In this document: piece after piece, positions 21,897-33,100 of the stretch
Layout of the letters: the number at the start of each line of letters is the position of its first letter
Numbering within the stretch: the stretch's first letter is position 1
IMG/VR virus record: IMGVR_UViG_3300032304_001168
DNA length: 64,000 nucleotides
Direction: 5' to 3' (one strand)
Source: a virus
Notes under the pieces: generated by a model
Told to the model about the DNA's origin: nothing
Databases searched by the model: none
Seen by the model: the letters and a program-made list of their open reading frames with translations, nothing else
Position numbers and translations under genes: made by a program

Positions 21897-22598
21897 TTAA
21901 TATAATTTTTTAAATCTAGACATATCAGTGTTTTGTGTCATTTCATCATCACCAAAATCTCTAAAACTTTTTTGTATTTCGTTTGGTGAATAACTTTCAA
22001 CATCATCAGGGGTTATAATATATTGTTCTCTTCCTGATTTTTCAAAATCTTCTTCTTTGTCTTCAAAGAATTGACTTAATTTTTGATTAAAAGGACCTGA
22101 ATCCAATGTTCTTAATTCTAGTTTTTCTTCAGGACTCTTTGTTCTATATTTTTCAATTTTAGTTTCTAATGAATTTAATTTAGAAATTATTTCATCCATT
22201 GTACCTAATTTATTTTCCAAATCATTTAAATGACCAAAAAGAGTATCAAAATATTCTTCTTGTTTTTCTTCAACAGATTTTTGACTTTTAACTAAATCAG
22301 TAACTTCAATTTCTTCTTTATTACCTTTGTCTTTTTCGTCTCCAATTTTTTCAACATCAGGATCGTTTTCAATATCAACTGGTGTTGGTTCAGTCGCTCC
22401 TGTTGGTGCTGCTGGTGGTGGTGCTCCTACACCTGGAGGTGGTGGGGGTAATTCTCCTCCTGGAGGTGGTGGGGGTAATTCTCCTCCTAGAGGTGGTAAC
22501 TCTCCACCTGGAGGAGGTGGTAACTCTTGTTCAGTTATATAATTATTAATTTGATTATATCTCCTAATTTCTTCAATAATTTTTAAATCAATTTTCAT
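21897..22598 (-). CDS. Hypothetical head-associated protein with Pro-rich linker and acidic coiled coil
   Basis: Leader ending ITEQ, GGELPPPPP repeats, heptad-rich C-terminal half. Confidence 0.55.
   Translation of the reverse strand: MKIDLKIIEEIRRYNQINNYITEQELPPPPGGELPPLGGELPPPPPGGELPPPPPGVGAPPPAAPTGATEPTPVDIENDPDVEKIGDEKDKGNKEEIEVTDLVKSQKSVEEKQEEYFDTLFGHLNDLENKLGTMDEIISKLNSLETKIEKYRTKSPEEKLELRTLDSGPFNQKLSQFFEDKEEDFEKSGREQYIITPDDVESYSPNEIQKSFRDFGDDEMTQNTDMSRFKKLY
22410..22527 (-). repeat. Tandem repeat encoding (GG)ELPPPPP
   Basis: cctggaggtggtgggggtaattctcct occurs twice, plus degenerate copies. Confidence 0.85.
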
Positions 22599-22605
22599 TT
22601 TTAAA

Positions 22606-22830
22606 TTATCCGTTTAATAATTGTTTTATACCTGTTGTGGTTTCAACTTGAATTTTTTTGTTGGTTTTCAAAGTATTGTCAACTCTTTCAATTAATCCAT
22701 CTTTCATTCTTATAGTGTAACATTCACCTGTTTGTAAGTCACAAACTTGTTTAGTTCCATCACCCATATCTCTTTCAGTTGTTTGGGTTTGTCTACCTAA
22801 GTAGTTTTCTAGTATATTTTTTACGCTCAT
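22606..22830 (-). CDS. Small hypothetical protein
   Basis: 74 aa with VCDLQTGEC; TATTTATA motif upstream. Confidence 0.7.
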   Translation of the reverse strand: MSVKNILENYLGRQTQTTERDMGDGTKQVCDLQTGECYTIRMKDGLIERVDNTLKTNKKIQVETTTGIKQLLNG

Positions 22831-22872
22831 ATTTTTTGTTTTATTATAAATATTACAAATTAATAAAAAAAA

Positions 22873-25800
22873 TTATCTAATTGTTGTAGAACTATATAAA
22901 TTATATGCTTCAGTAACGACTTTAGTATAATCAGATAATGTACCATCTTGTACTAATTTATTATAATAAGTTTCACCTTCACTATTGTTATTGAACCCAT
23001 TAACAATGACAAATTTAGTTACAAAATTTATAATATCAGTTTTATTATTCCTTGATGGTAATGTTTTATAACCATCAAGTCTAGGTCTCCATCTTTCATT
23101 TAAGAAATTAACATTCTTAGTTAAATTTCCAAAAATTAAATAAGGTGTATTATTATTAGAACAATAAAATTTATTTTCCGTATATGGTGTTAAGTCTCCC
23201 CAATCACTATTTAATGCTAATCCAATAAAATTATATCCATATGCTTGTATTGTTGATTGTACGCTCCTACTTCCAATATAAAGTTTAGCAAATATACAAA
23301 TAGATAATAAATCTCTATTAGCTTTTAAATTTTCTGGGGTTGGTATTGATAATATTTCAGTAACTATTCTTGTAATTACATCTTGAACAGATACGGTACT
23401 TCTTGTTGGTGATTCATTTATGAACTTTTCATATCTACTAATAGTTGGTGTACAAGTTTGACTTCCATTAATTGTATTAGAATTTGTCGCCAATAAACTT
23501 TGACCTTGAGTTGATAACCCTAAAATATTTGTAGGATTTTTGGCTGTATCAGCATCCTTTTCTTGAGTGATAACTTCATTAATTTTACTTATTAAATTAG
23601 TTTTTAACGCTTGTAAATAATTATCAATTTTAGGTAATGATGCGGTTGGTTGTCTAATGCCTTTTATATCAGTAGAAAAATTACCATCACCAATTTGGTG
23701 GTTAACTTCTAATATCATATAAGGTCCACTAAACATTGGTACATTCCTCAAATTAAAATACATTGTTGGTTGGATTAACGCATTCCCTAACATACTAATA
23801 TCACAAGAATAACTTCTGTTTTTATATAAATTATATAATGAAACATTTTGAGTTGACCCCCCTCGATTTCCACCTTGATTAGCCATCTGATTCAAAATTT
23901 CTAAAGATTCTGCCGTAGCCAATCCCGAATTTTGTCCAACGCTAAATGATTTAAATACACCTTGATTTTGAGGTCCAATGTCAACATTGAATCCGACAAC
24001 TTTATTTGATTTATCCCAATCTTTTTTTCCTGTTAAATCTTCAATTAATGGATTATCACTAGCTCTTCTCAAATCAAATGCGTCATTTCTAAATCTATAG
24101 TCAACATTTTTTATATCCAATTGTTCACTTGGTTTACCTCCATAAAAACAAACCATTTTAGCGGATGATTCTCGATAATCAACATTTAAAAATGTACCAA
24201 ATAATGTATTGGCAAAATCGACACTTCCATCAACTTTTGGTTTAGGATTTTTGGTAGCCTCTTGAACATTATAAAAATTAACATAAGAAGGTATGTTCAT
24301 TACAACAAAATTGTTTTCAATTATTATTGTTTGAACAAATGATAACATATTCACTTTTGGTGAAATTGTTGTTAAGGTTTCTCTTAATTTAAAGATATCA
24401 ATTAGTACTTTATCTCCAATATTTCTACTTGCTCGGTCTAATAAAAGAATATCTTCAAATAATGTTTTATTTTTAAAATCATTACCTGCAATCCATTTAT
24501 CATTTAATGCTTTAAATGATTCCCATAATTCAACTTTAGGTTGCGGTTCACTTGTTAATTCACTTGATTTAATAGGTTCTATCGTATTATTAACATTTGG
24601 TAAATCTTTTTGTAATTTTGGTATTAATATGTCTAATATCTTACCTTGGAAATCCTCAACCCCATTTAAAAATGTTGTCATTCCATTTGAAAAAGCATTG
24701 TATCCATTCTTATTCAATGAATTAGGTATTTGGTCATATGTTGGAGAGTCAACTTCCTCTAATCTAATAATAAATTGTGGGTCATTTGGATTGGTTGACG
24801 TACTACCGTAAACTCCAATAATAACTTCGTCAATTAATTTTTGAACATCATTAGGTGTACCAACAACATAAGAACCATCAAACAATATTAATCCTTCAAC
24901 ATTTTTATATATCGTTTTTAATTTATTACCTAAACTTAGTACTGAAATTGTATAATAGTTTTTAAGTAAAGCAATCGCAATTGTAGTTGGAGGTGTACTT
25001 GGTATAGGTGTTGGTGGACTAATAACATTACTCTGAAATTGATTTAATTTTTGAGTAGCATACATCTTTATAATCTTAGCAAATTGTTGAATATTCAATT
25101 CAGTGAATGCTACATTCAAATCAATAAAAAAGTCAGTTATATATGAACCATTATTACTATAAGTTAATTTTGGAATGTCCGAGAATCCAATATAAGTTTC
25201 CAATGCTTTCCAAGCAGTTGGGTAGTTTGTTCTTGATGACAATAATGTAACACCCCCACCATTTGTTGGTAAAGCATTAGGTGTTGCTATAGTGTATTTA
25301 TCCCATTCATACGAATCAACTAATGGTGAATTAGAAAACGAATAAAATAATTTTTTGTCGTAGTTTGATGGATTACCAAATTTGAAATAAACATCGAATT
25401 GTATAAACTGATTGATGTAACTATTGAATATTTCAAATTGTTTCGATTGGTATTTAGAAACTATTTCAGTCCCAGTGTTTCCAGTTATGTTTGGTAATTT
25501 CATCATTTCTCTCATAAATGATTGGAAATTACGGATATTTTTTTCTGAGACAGTACTACTATCTTGGTTTGTTTGATTTTGTGTTATATTAATAATTTCT
25601 AAAGACCCAATACTATCATCCGTATCGTATGCTGATTTTGAGAATTTTAAAAATTCAGTTTCAAATCCATCCAATACTGATTTTTCAAAGACAGATAAAA
25701 TCTCATCCATTTTTGTATAAGCAGACACCCCATTCAATGAAAAATTTTCTTGATTTATTCTATCTGAAAATATTTTTTTAATATATTCACTTGGTGAAGG

Positions 25801-28800
25801 TTTGTTAATTTTAGTATTGTCATAGTACCCATAATTTGGTGCTGTCCAAAATAATCTAACAGAACCATTGTGCATTGATGTATTACCAGTTAATTGAATT
25901 TTTAAATCATTATCTTTAAACGTTTCATACTTAGTTTGATTTAATAAAGACCCATGTGATGGTATTAAATATGCAAACTTCTTATCTAAGGTATTAATGG
26001 TTAAAGACCAAGGAATAACCCTAACACTTTTAGTTTGATTAGGATTAGTCCAATCAATAATTGAGTCCTTAACATAGTTTAATGTTAAACCAGATAAAAA
26101 TGAATCATTAATACTCGCACTAGTAAATCCACCAAAAGGAACATTAGTCACACTAAATAATGCAGTTGTTGTTGTTTGTGATATATTAATTTCATAATCA
26201 CCAGTTCCACCTGTAGCACCATTTAAAAATGAAACTATAGTTGTGTTTGGTAATAGATTTAATCCAGCAAGTACATTTCCTACTTGTAGTAAACCCCCAT
26301 TAATTTGATTTATAGTTAATGTAGTTCCATTAATTGTACAAGCTCCATTAACTTGGGTATTAGTTTTTATGATTTCAAATCCTTGTAAAAATAAATTAAA
26401 GTCATTAATTAATTTAGGATAAAAACCTGTGTTTATAATAACTGATGTCTGTGAACCTAAAACATTTATATCCTCCAATATAATATCAATATTAGAACCT
26501 TCATATGTCAAACTATATGTTTTAGTTAAAGCTGAAGTACCTGGGTCGTAATTGGTTAAACTATCAAAGTTTTTCCAAGAATCATTTAAAATATCAATAC
26601 CAGTCTCAGTATACTTTTTATACCTATGCCAAATTGAACCCATCTTTAATACCCAAGAGTAAGGCATCTTATGTACTGCACCAAATTTTTTAAGTGATGC
26701 GAAAATATAATTTAAGTCTTCAGATTGACTATTTGTATGTGATTTAAATTTTTCTCTTAAAGTTGATAAGGGTAAACTATTTAAAAACAAATATGCCGCA
26801 GAAACAAATGGATACTTATCATATTCCCTAAATTTTTTAACACCTTCTTGTATAGCATTAATAAAATATGGAGTATTCAAAATAGATGTAGTTTGCTCCG
26901 AATTAACAAAACCACTATAATTTTTATATCTTAAATTTCCTTCAGTTATTATCTGTTTATCAAATGTATTAATTCTATTTTCATAAAATGTTTTTAAATT
27001 AATACTTTGATTTTGTCCAATAGGTTGTGGTTCTTGAGGTGACTTTGTAATAAAATTAGTATATGGTCTAATTTTATCTGTACTAGTTGTATCACTAAAA
27101 TTAGTTATAGTCTTTCTACTTTGACTATAATTCAATACTTTTCTAGTATCAAAACTTGACTTAATATCAGATATTGAATTACCATCAGACAAATTTAATT
27201 TTACCCATTCTAGATTAGTAAATGGAAATGTGTCACTATAATCAATTGTATTTGAATCCGTTGTACTAGTAATGTAATTAATTAGTTTATCCTCGCCTGT
27301 TATTGAAACTTGTGGTTGTGATAATCTACTATTGAAAACCGAAGGTGATATAAATTCAAATTGACTATTTTCAACTATATTTTTTATATATTTCGTATTA
27401 AAAATACCACGTATATAGTTTTGCCAACTAATGCCAGTTCCTCCATTTGAGAATTGTTTTAGTATTGTTGTTATATTACTTGAATTAATTCCATAGTTTT
27501 TAAGTTTCTGGATAATAAAAGGATTATTATTAGATAAACTATTAACTATATTAATTTTTTCAGTCTCAGCTAAAATTTCAGTTATTTGACCAACATATGA
27601 ATTTGAAAGATAAGCCCTTGATAATTTTGAATAATTTGAAATGAATATTAATCTTTCATATATTTCATAAAAATATTTAACTTCTTCTTTATTACTAAAT
27701 AATTGATTTGTAACTGGGAATTCTATCGCATTAAAAGTTACTCTATTAATATCATATAACTCATTTTGTGTTGGTCCTAGTTCTTTCTTAGGATTAGTTC
27801 TTTGAACGTATCCTTTAATGAACTCCTCAACAAATTCAATTTCAGGCCAAGCGACATAATCGTCACCTTTTGTTATTTTAATTAACGAATTATCACCAGG
27901 GTATCTTATTTCATATTTCTCTTGACCTTTATCTCCATTGGTCGCCAAGATGACTTGAGGCCAAGGATAAACTGGGTTATTTGAATTGTCCCCAGAATTT
28001 AAATTATCTTGTGACGCACCCGCAACTTCTTTATTAAACACAACATTTTTCCTAACATCACTATTTCTTTGTTCCCAAGCTTTTGTATGTACATCATCCA
28101 TTAATCGAATAAAAGCTTCACCACTTGCGAAAATAACCGCAAGAACATTTCTAAGATTTGGCACAAATCCAACACCAGTATTATTATTTTTTAATAAATC
28201 AGATAATAAATTTGTAATCTCAGTTTCAACATTTTCTTTTATCTTTAATCTTTCAACTTCCATTTCTTTGGTCAAGTCCATAAATCTACCCTGTCCTTCA
28301 AAAATAAAAAAATCTGAGGCTGAAGTTGTTTCACCATTTTTAATAGTGGTTTCAGTTGATTTAAATTCAGTGTTCTTTAATTCCGCTTTTAATTCTTCAA
28401 TTTTATCTGTAGTTGGTTCTTTCCCAGTTCTTTTTATATAAGTTTCATTTAAATCTATATCCTCAACATTTAATATTGTTTTGAATATTTCTAATGTTAT
28501 TTTGTTTGGTATTGAAGCCGGAACAAATTTGTCACCAATTTTATATCCTGTTTGGTCTAATTGACCAGTACCACAAGTTTTGTTACTATTTAATTTTTTA
28601 TTATAGGTTTCAATTAATAATTTAAGTTTACTAAACGCTTCTTCTCTCTTTTTAGACGTATTAAATTCAGATTTAAATATATAAACTTTAGTTGTCAAAT
28701 CTTTTAATACATAAAAATTTTTAGTATCCATATAGGTGTTAAACCAAGATTTTGTACCCGCAACAAATGTATAAACCTCACCTTGATAATCAACTAATTG

Positions 28801-29820
28801 TGTTCTATATGTCTCCAAATTTGTTAATGGAGTCATATTTTGTTTAGCAAAAGTTTCTAACTTGTTTTTTATAAAAAAATCAAGTCTATCTCTTAATTGT
28901 AAAATAGTTAACTCAGGAAAATCATCAGGAATTAATCCCTTTGATTTATATTCACTATATAATTCTTGTATTTTTTGATACCCTCTCTCAACTTCACCAT
29001 TACTCATAGTGGTGAAATTACTAACACCACCTTTAGTATTTTGTATACTTAATTTGGATTTATACATATGTGGTGTTGCTAATAGATTTCCCATTGAGAT
29101 TTCCGCTAATATTGTATATTTGTAAGTCACAAAATCCAAATCTACTTTAAAATTACCACTCCCAGTATTATATGAAGCACCAAAAGATTTTAACATTAAT
29201 GATAATCTAACAGCTTTACCTAGAAATCCTTTGATAGTTAAATAAAAGGTTGGGTATGGTAAATTGAAAAATGCCGCATATGGTGATTGGTCTCCAGATT
29301 CAAATAATGCTCGACCTTTAATATCCTCTAAAGTTATCTTAACTTGAGGTGTAAATGATGTATTTTGTCTAATAGATATACTTTTAATCCCCAACAATCC
29401 ATTGTCAGTTGGTCCTGGTTTTCCTCCTGATAATATTGTTTGTCTAATATAGTAATCATTTGACTGATTAGGGTTTTTAAGGGATGTTATCTTTGGTTGA
29501 TTAACGCCCTCACCTTTAATTGTATCTTTACCAGTGATTTCATCCGTATAAGAATTGTCTAAAAATTGTTTTCCACCTGGTTTTAGAAAATTAATAGTCG
29601 CAATTGATACTGTTTGAATTGCATCATTATTTGCTACCCCAATAGCCAATTTAGTTCTTGGTAATAAACTACATTCCAAGTTGGCATACATAACCAAATC
29701 TTCACTTCTGATTAATCTTTCTTTTGCAACACCAAATTCATCAACAACCTTATTGGGGTCAATTATTGTAATATTGTTGTAATCAAATTCTACTAATATA
29801 TTTTCAGGTCTATTTACCAT
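22873..29820 (-). CDS. Large baseplate hub-like protein (gp27/GpD-related termini)
   Basis: 2315 aa; hub-like motif SCDISMLGNALIQPTMYFNL...GPYMILEVNHQI...FSTDIKG near the C-terminus; follows the gp53-like gene. Confidence 0.65.
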   Translation of the reverse strand: MVNRPENILVEFDYNNITIIDPNKVVDEFGVAKERLIRSEDLVMYANLECSLLPRTKLAIGVANNDAIQTVSIATINFLKPGGKQFLDNSYTDEITGKDTIKGEGVNQPKITSLKNPNQSNDYYIRQTILSGGKPGPTDNGLLGIKSISIRQNTSFTPQVKITLEDIKGRALFESGDQSPYAAFFNLPYPTFYLTIKGFLGKAVRLSLMLKSFGASYNTGSGNFKVDLDFVTYKYTILAEISMGNLLATPHMYKSKLSIQNTKGGVSNFTTMSNGEVERGYQKIQELYSEYKSKGLIPDDFPELTILQLRDRLDFFIKNKLETFAKQNMTPLTNLETYRTQLVDYQGEVYTFVAGTKSWFNTYMDTKNFYVLKDLTTKVYIFKSEFNTSKKREEAFSKLKLLIETYNKKLNSNKTCGTGQLDQTGYKIGDKFVPASIPNKITLEIFKTILNVEDIDLNETYIKRTGKEPTTDKIEELKAELKNTEFKSTETTIKNGETTSASDFFIFEGQGRFMDLTKEMEVERLKIKENVETEITNLLSDLLKNNNTGVGFVPNLRNVLAVIFASGEAFIRLMDDVHTKAWEQRNSDVRKNVVFNKEVAGASQDNLNSGDNSNNPVYPWPQVILATNGDKGQEKYEIRYPGDNSLIKITKGDDYVAWPEIEFVEEFIKGYVQRTNPKKELGPTQNELYDINRVTFNAIEFPVTNQLFSNKEEVKYFYEIYERLIFISNYSKLSRAYLSNSYVGQITEILAETEKINIVNSLSNNNPFIIQKLKNYGINSSNITTILKQFSNGGTGISWQNYIRGIFNTKYIKNIVENSQFEFISPSVFNSRLSQPQVSITGEDKLINYITSTTDSNTIDYSDTFPFTNLEWVKLNLSDGNSISDIKSSFDTRKVLNYSQSRKTITNFSDTTSTDKIRPYTNFITKSPQEPQPIGQNQSINLKTFYENRINTFDKQIITEGNLRYKNYSGFVNSEQTTSILNTPYFINAIQEGVKKFREYDKYPFVSAAYLFLNSLPLSTLREKFKSHTNSQSEDLNYIFASLKKFGAVHKMPYSWVLKMGSIWHRYKKYTETGIDILNDSWKNFDSLTNYDPGTSALTKTYSLTYEGSNIDIILEDINVLGSQTSVIINTGFYPKLINDFNLFLQGFEIIKTNTQVNGACTINGTTLTINQINGGLLQVGNVLAGLNLLPNTTIVSFLNGATGGTGDYEINISQTTTTALFSVTNVPFGGFTSASINDSFLSGLTLNYVKDSIIDWTNPNQTKSVRVIPWSLTINTLDKKFAYLIPSHGSLLNQTKYETFKDNDLKIQLTGNTSMHNGSVRLFWTAPNYGYYDNTKINKPSPSEYIKKIFSDRINQENFSLNGVSAYTKMDEILSVFEKSVLDGFETEFLKFSKSAYDTDDSIGSLEIINITQNQTNQDSSTVSEKNIRNFQSFMREMMKLPNITGNTGTEIVSKYQSKQFEIFNSYINQFIQFDVYFKFGNPSNYDKKLFYSFSNSPLVDSYEWDKYTIATPNALPTNGGGVTLLSSRTNYPTAWKALETYIGFSDIPKLTYSNNGSYITDFFIDLNVAFTELNIQQFAKIIKMYATQKLNQFQSNVISPPTPIPSTPPTTIAIALLKNYYTISVLSLGNKLKTIYKNVEGLILFDGSYVVGTPNDVQKLIDEVIIGVYGSTSTNPNDPQFIIRLEEVDSPTYDQIPNSLNKNGYNAFSNGMTTFLNGVEDFQGKILDILIPKLQKDLPNVNNTIEPIKSSELTSEPQPKVELWESFKALNDKWIAGNDFKNKTLFEDILLLDRASRNIGDKVLIDIFKLRETLTTISPKVNMLSFVQTIIIENNFVVMNIPSYVNFYNVQEATKNPKPKVDGSVDFANTLFGTFLNVDYRESSAKMVCFYGGKPSEQLDIKNVDYRFRNDAFDLRRASDNPLIEDLTGKKDWDKSNKVVGFNVDIGPQNQGVFKSFSVGQNSGLATAESLEILNQMANQGGNRGGSTQNVSLYNLYKNRSYSCDISMLGNALIQPTMYFNLRNVPMFSGPYMILEVNHQIGDGNFSTDIKGIRQPTASLPKIDNYLQALKTNLISKINEVITQEKDADTAKNPTNILGLSTQGQSLLATNSNTINGSQTCTPTISRYEKFINESPTRSTVSVQDVITRIVTEILSIPTPENLKANRDLLSICIFAKLYIGSRSVQSTIQAYGYNFIGLALNSDWGDLTPYTENKFYCSNNNTPYLIFGNLTKNVNFLNERWRPRLDGYKTLPSRNNKTDIINFVTKFVIVNGFNNNSEGETYYNKLVQDGTLSDYTKVVTEAYNLYSSTTIR

Positions 29821-30133
29821 AATAAAAAAAATAATTTTCTAATTCATTTTTATAATCTTGTAGTGATGCTATCAATGGGTATGGTATTGTTAAAATAGCT
29901 CCATCAGGAATGTTCCATTCTAATCCGCCATAAATTGGGTTACCCATTAAAATTAACCAACCAAATGTAGGACTACCATAATATTGTTGTGATACTTTAT
30001 CCAATCTTGTCATACCTACTTTATAAATGTATCTCTTATCAGTTGATTTACTTTGTAAATTTATATATGGAACAACTGTCTGTTGTCCATCCACAAGAAA
30101 TTCATTATATCGATTATAAATTTGTCTAGCCAT
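29810..30133 (-). CDS. Baseplate wedge protein, gp53/LysM (tail X)-like
   Basis: TRLDKVSQQYYGSPTFGWLILMGNP...IPDGAILTIP. Confidence 0.85.
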   Translation of the reverse strand: MARQIYNRYNEFLVDGQQTVVPYINLQSKSTDKRYIYKVGMTRLDKVSQQYYGSPTFGWLILMGNPIYGGLEWNIPDGAILTIPYPLIASLQDYKNELENYFFYYGK

Positions 30134-30135
30134 AA

Positions 30136-33100
30136 TTAAAATTCTAATCTATTTGTTTTTTTTGTATATAGTGCTAATATTTGAGTTTTTTGTGTTGAGT
30201 CATTTGGTCCTAGAACTGTAGTGTATTCAAATTTTCTTGGTTTACCTTTTGCATATAATTTTACTAATGGTTCGTCAACATATTTTTTGAAGTCTTTATT
30301 TTTTCTAAATTTTTCAAATACTTTTTCTCCATTTCTTAATTCTTTTGAATACTTGTTTTGTAGTTTCTCGACAACTTTTTCCAACTTATTTTTAAAATTA
30401 TTTTTACTAACTGAAGTTCCTTTAGTCATTTCAGTTATAAATTCTTGTTTTTTATTTTTGTTATCTAATATCCTAGAAATTAACATAAAGAATAATTTGT
30501 CTTCTAAATCCCAAGTTTCACCAGCATTTGCTAATAAGAAATCACCTCCATTATATTCATCACTTGTTGTAATACCACTAGTATCTAATAAATCCGAATA
30601 ATTTTTAAGTGAATCTATTGTATTTTTATAATCAAAATCAAGTTCTTGAAATGTATTTTGTGGAATACTAGCCGAAATCTTACTTGACTCACTTACTTCG
30701 TTAGTTTGAGTTATATTATATACTCTAGGTACGTTACTTTCTAAAATTTTACCATCCGTTTTAGTTTCCAATAAATTTAATTTTCTAAAGTATTGCACAT
30801 AATTATTTTCAAAATTCACAACCTCAGAATAAGTAGTAACAATACCATTTGAAAAGTCTGAAGTTAATTTTTTAATATAATTTGTTAAATTTAATTTTAA
30901 TTCTTTTATTTCAGGGTCTGTTATCTCCCATCCACTTTGACTATTTGTTTTTAATAAACCTAAAATTAATGGATTATAATTAGATTCAATTTGTTCTAGA
31001 ACATCAGTAAATAAATTAGTTAACCGTTTATCATCTCCAGCTGGTTGTCCCCAAATTATACTTCTTTCTTGAGTTGTATCAGGTACTCCATTTTGATAAA
31101 TCGTACCTTTTTTATAAACTCTTACATCGTTTATTAATTTTAAAATACCCCAATTATAAGTAAGATTAATTTTTTCCATTTGGTTAATCACCGTATTGAA
31201 ATATGTAACAGTTTCATCAAAGAACTTATCCATAAATTTTTGATATGAAGTAACACCAGTTTGTCCTGCTGGTATTGGGATATTTGTTTGAATTTCACCA
31301 ATAGTGTCTCCACCATCATTTGTTGGTGTATTAGTAACATTATTAATTGTTGCTGATTTTTCCCCAGCCAAAATTACTTGTTCTAATTCTTTATCAATCT
31401 TTTTATATGAATCATCTGTAGGTGTTGCCCTTTCATCGTAAATTTCAGTATTCGCATAATAATTGAATGATAAAGCATTTTGTAATTGTTCAACAGGTTT
31501 TGCCAATCCATGACCTCCAATCATATTAAATCCTAAACTTACTTTTACAATCATAGGTTGGATACCTATTCCTTCAGGATTCATATCTAATAAATTATTT
31601 TCATACGTGAACCCAACCGTTGTTGGGATAATTTTTGTATTATAAAAATCACCAACCCTTAATACAAGTACTGGTGGTGCTCCAAATGAAGTATTTACCG
31701 CGTCATTGTATTTTGGTCTTCCATCCGCCCCAATTACTGGAATAGTTTCACCAGGTCTAACACATTGATTTAAAAATGTTAAACGTGCATTTAAACCTTC
31801 AGGAGTCATAGAATGAAACGCTGGATTAAAATATTTTATCTTCTCCTTGATTGTTTGATATATCATAGGATTTTCTCTTTGAATTACTTCAAAGTAATCA
31901 CATTCCGAAAATAAATTTCTTAATATTTTTTTACTAATACCATCTTTTAATTTTTTTGTAACACTAACATTTGGTTGTAATCTAGGTGGAATGACTTTAT
32001 TTTTTTCAATTGTTTTTTTTGGTAAAGGGTCTTGTTTTATTTCAACTTTTTCTTTTACCTCTATTTGTGGTAATTTAGCAATAATATTTTCAATTTTAAC
32101 TCTTCTGCACGCCATCGCATAAACGGAATATATCTGAGCGTTATAATTATCTGTAGCACTCTGTGTTCCTCCTTTTATATCTTGTGTACAATTTACTTCA
32201 AAACCAAACGTGTTACCAGTTCCTGCTTTTGGTATTGATATTTCTTCACCCTTACCTTCTGCGGACTTTATAATAAATTTTTTATCAGCAATAGCTTGTT
32301 TTAAATTTGCATTACCTATAGTAGTTTGTTCAAAGAATTTTTTAACCGAATCAATTCTTCTCTTTGATAAATCAACATTATAATCAGCACTACCAGGAGC
32401 TGAGGCTGAACCAATCATATTAATTGTAATTTCCCCACCACTTTGTATAATATTATAGGCATCAACGATAAAATTTTTAGGATTTTCTGCAGCTAATTTA
32501 AAATTACTATCAATAATAGTATCAAAAAATTCTTTAACATTTTTAGCCTCATTACAATATTGTTGATAAGATTTACTAGTGTTAGGAACATTACCACTTT
32601 TACTACAAAAAGATGTACCATATAATGATTTGGAATAACTTTCATATGACGGCATTAATCCTTTATAAGCATCATAAGTTTGTTTATATGGTTGATTTGA
32701 AATTGTTCCAGATTGTGGGCCTGGTATATCATTATGAAAGTAAAATGCTAATTCATTATAATTAGTTTTAAATTCTTCCGCTCTAGGGTCATCTTCAAAT
32801 TTTTTCAACTCAACACCACTTAAACTACCAAGACCATTACCATTAGTTGACCCCTTTTCTGGTGGTGGTATTGTTATTGTTTTTTGAATTTCAAAATTAA
32901 CACCTTCTAGTTCTTCCCTTGTTAATCTTGGATTATTTAATATTTCTTGATATTCATATATGTCAGACGCTTTTAACATATTGAATTTTTTAGCCAATTC
33001 ATAAATATCATATTTAACGCAACCAGCAAAAAATGAATCAATGATAGAATCAACTCTTTCTTTTTGTTGACCTTTTAATTGTTTCTCAATTATCGTATTC

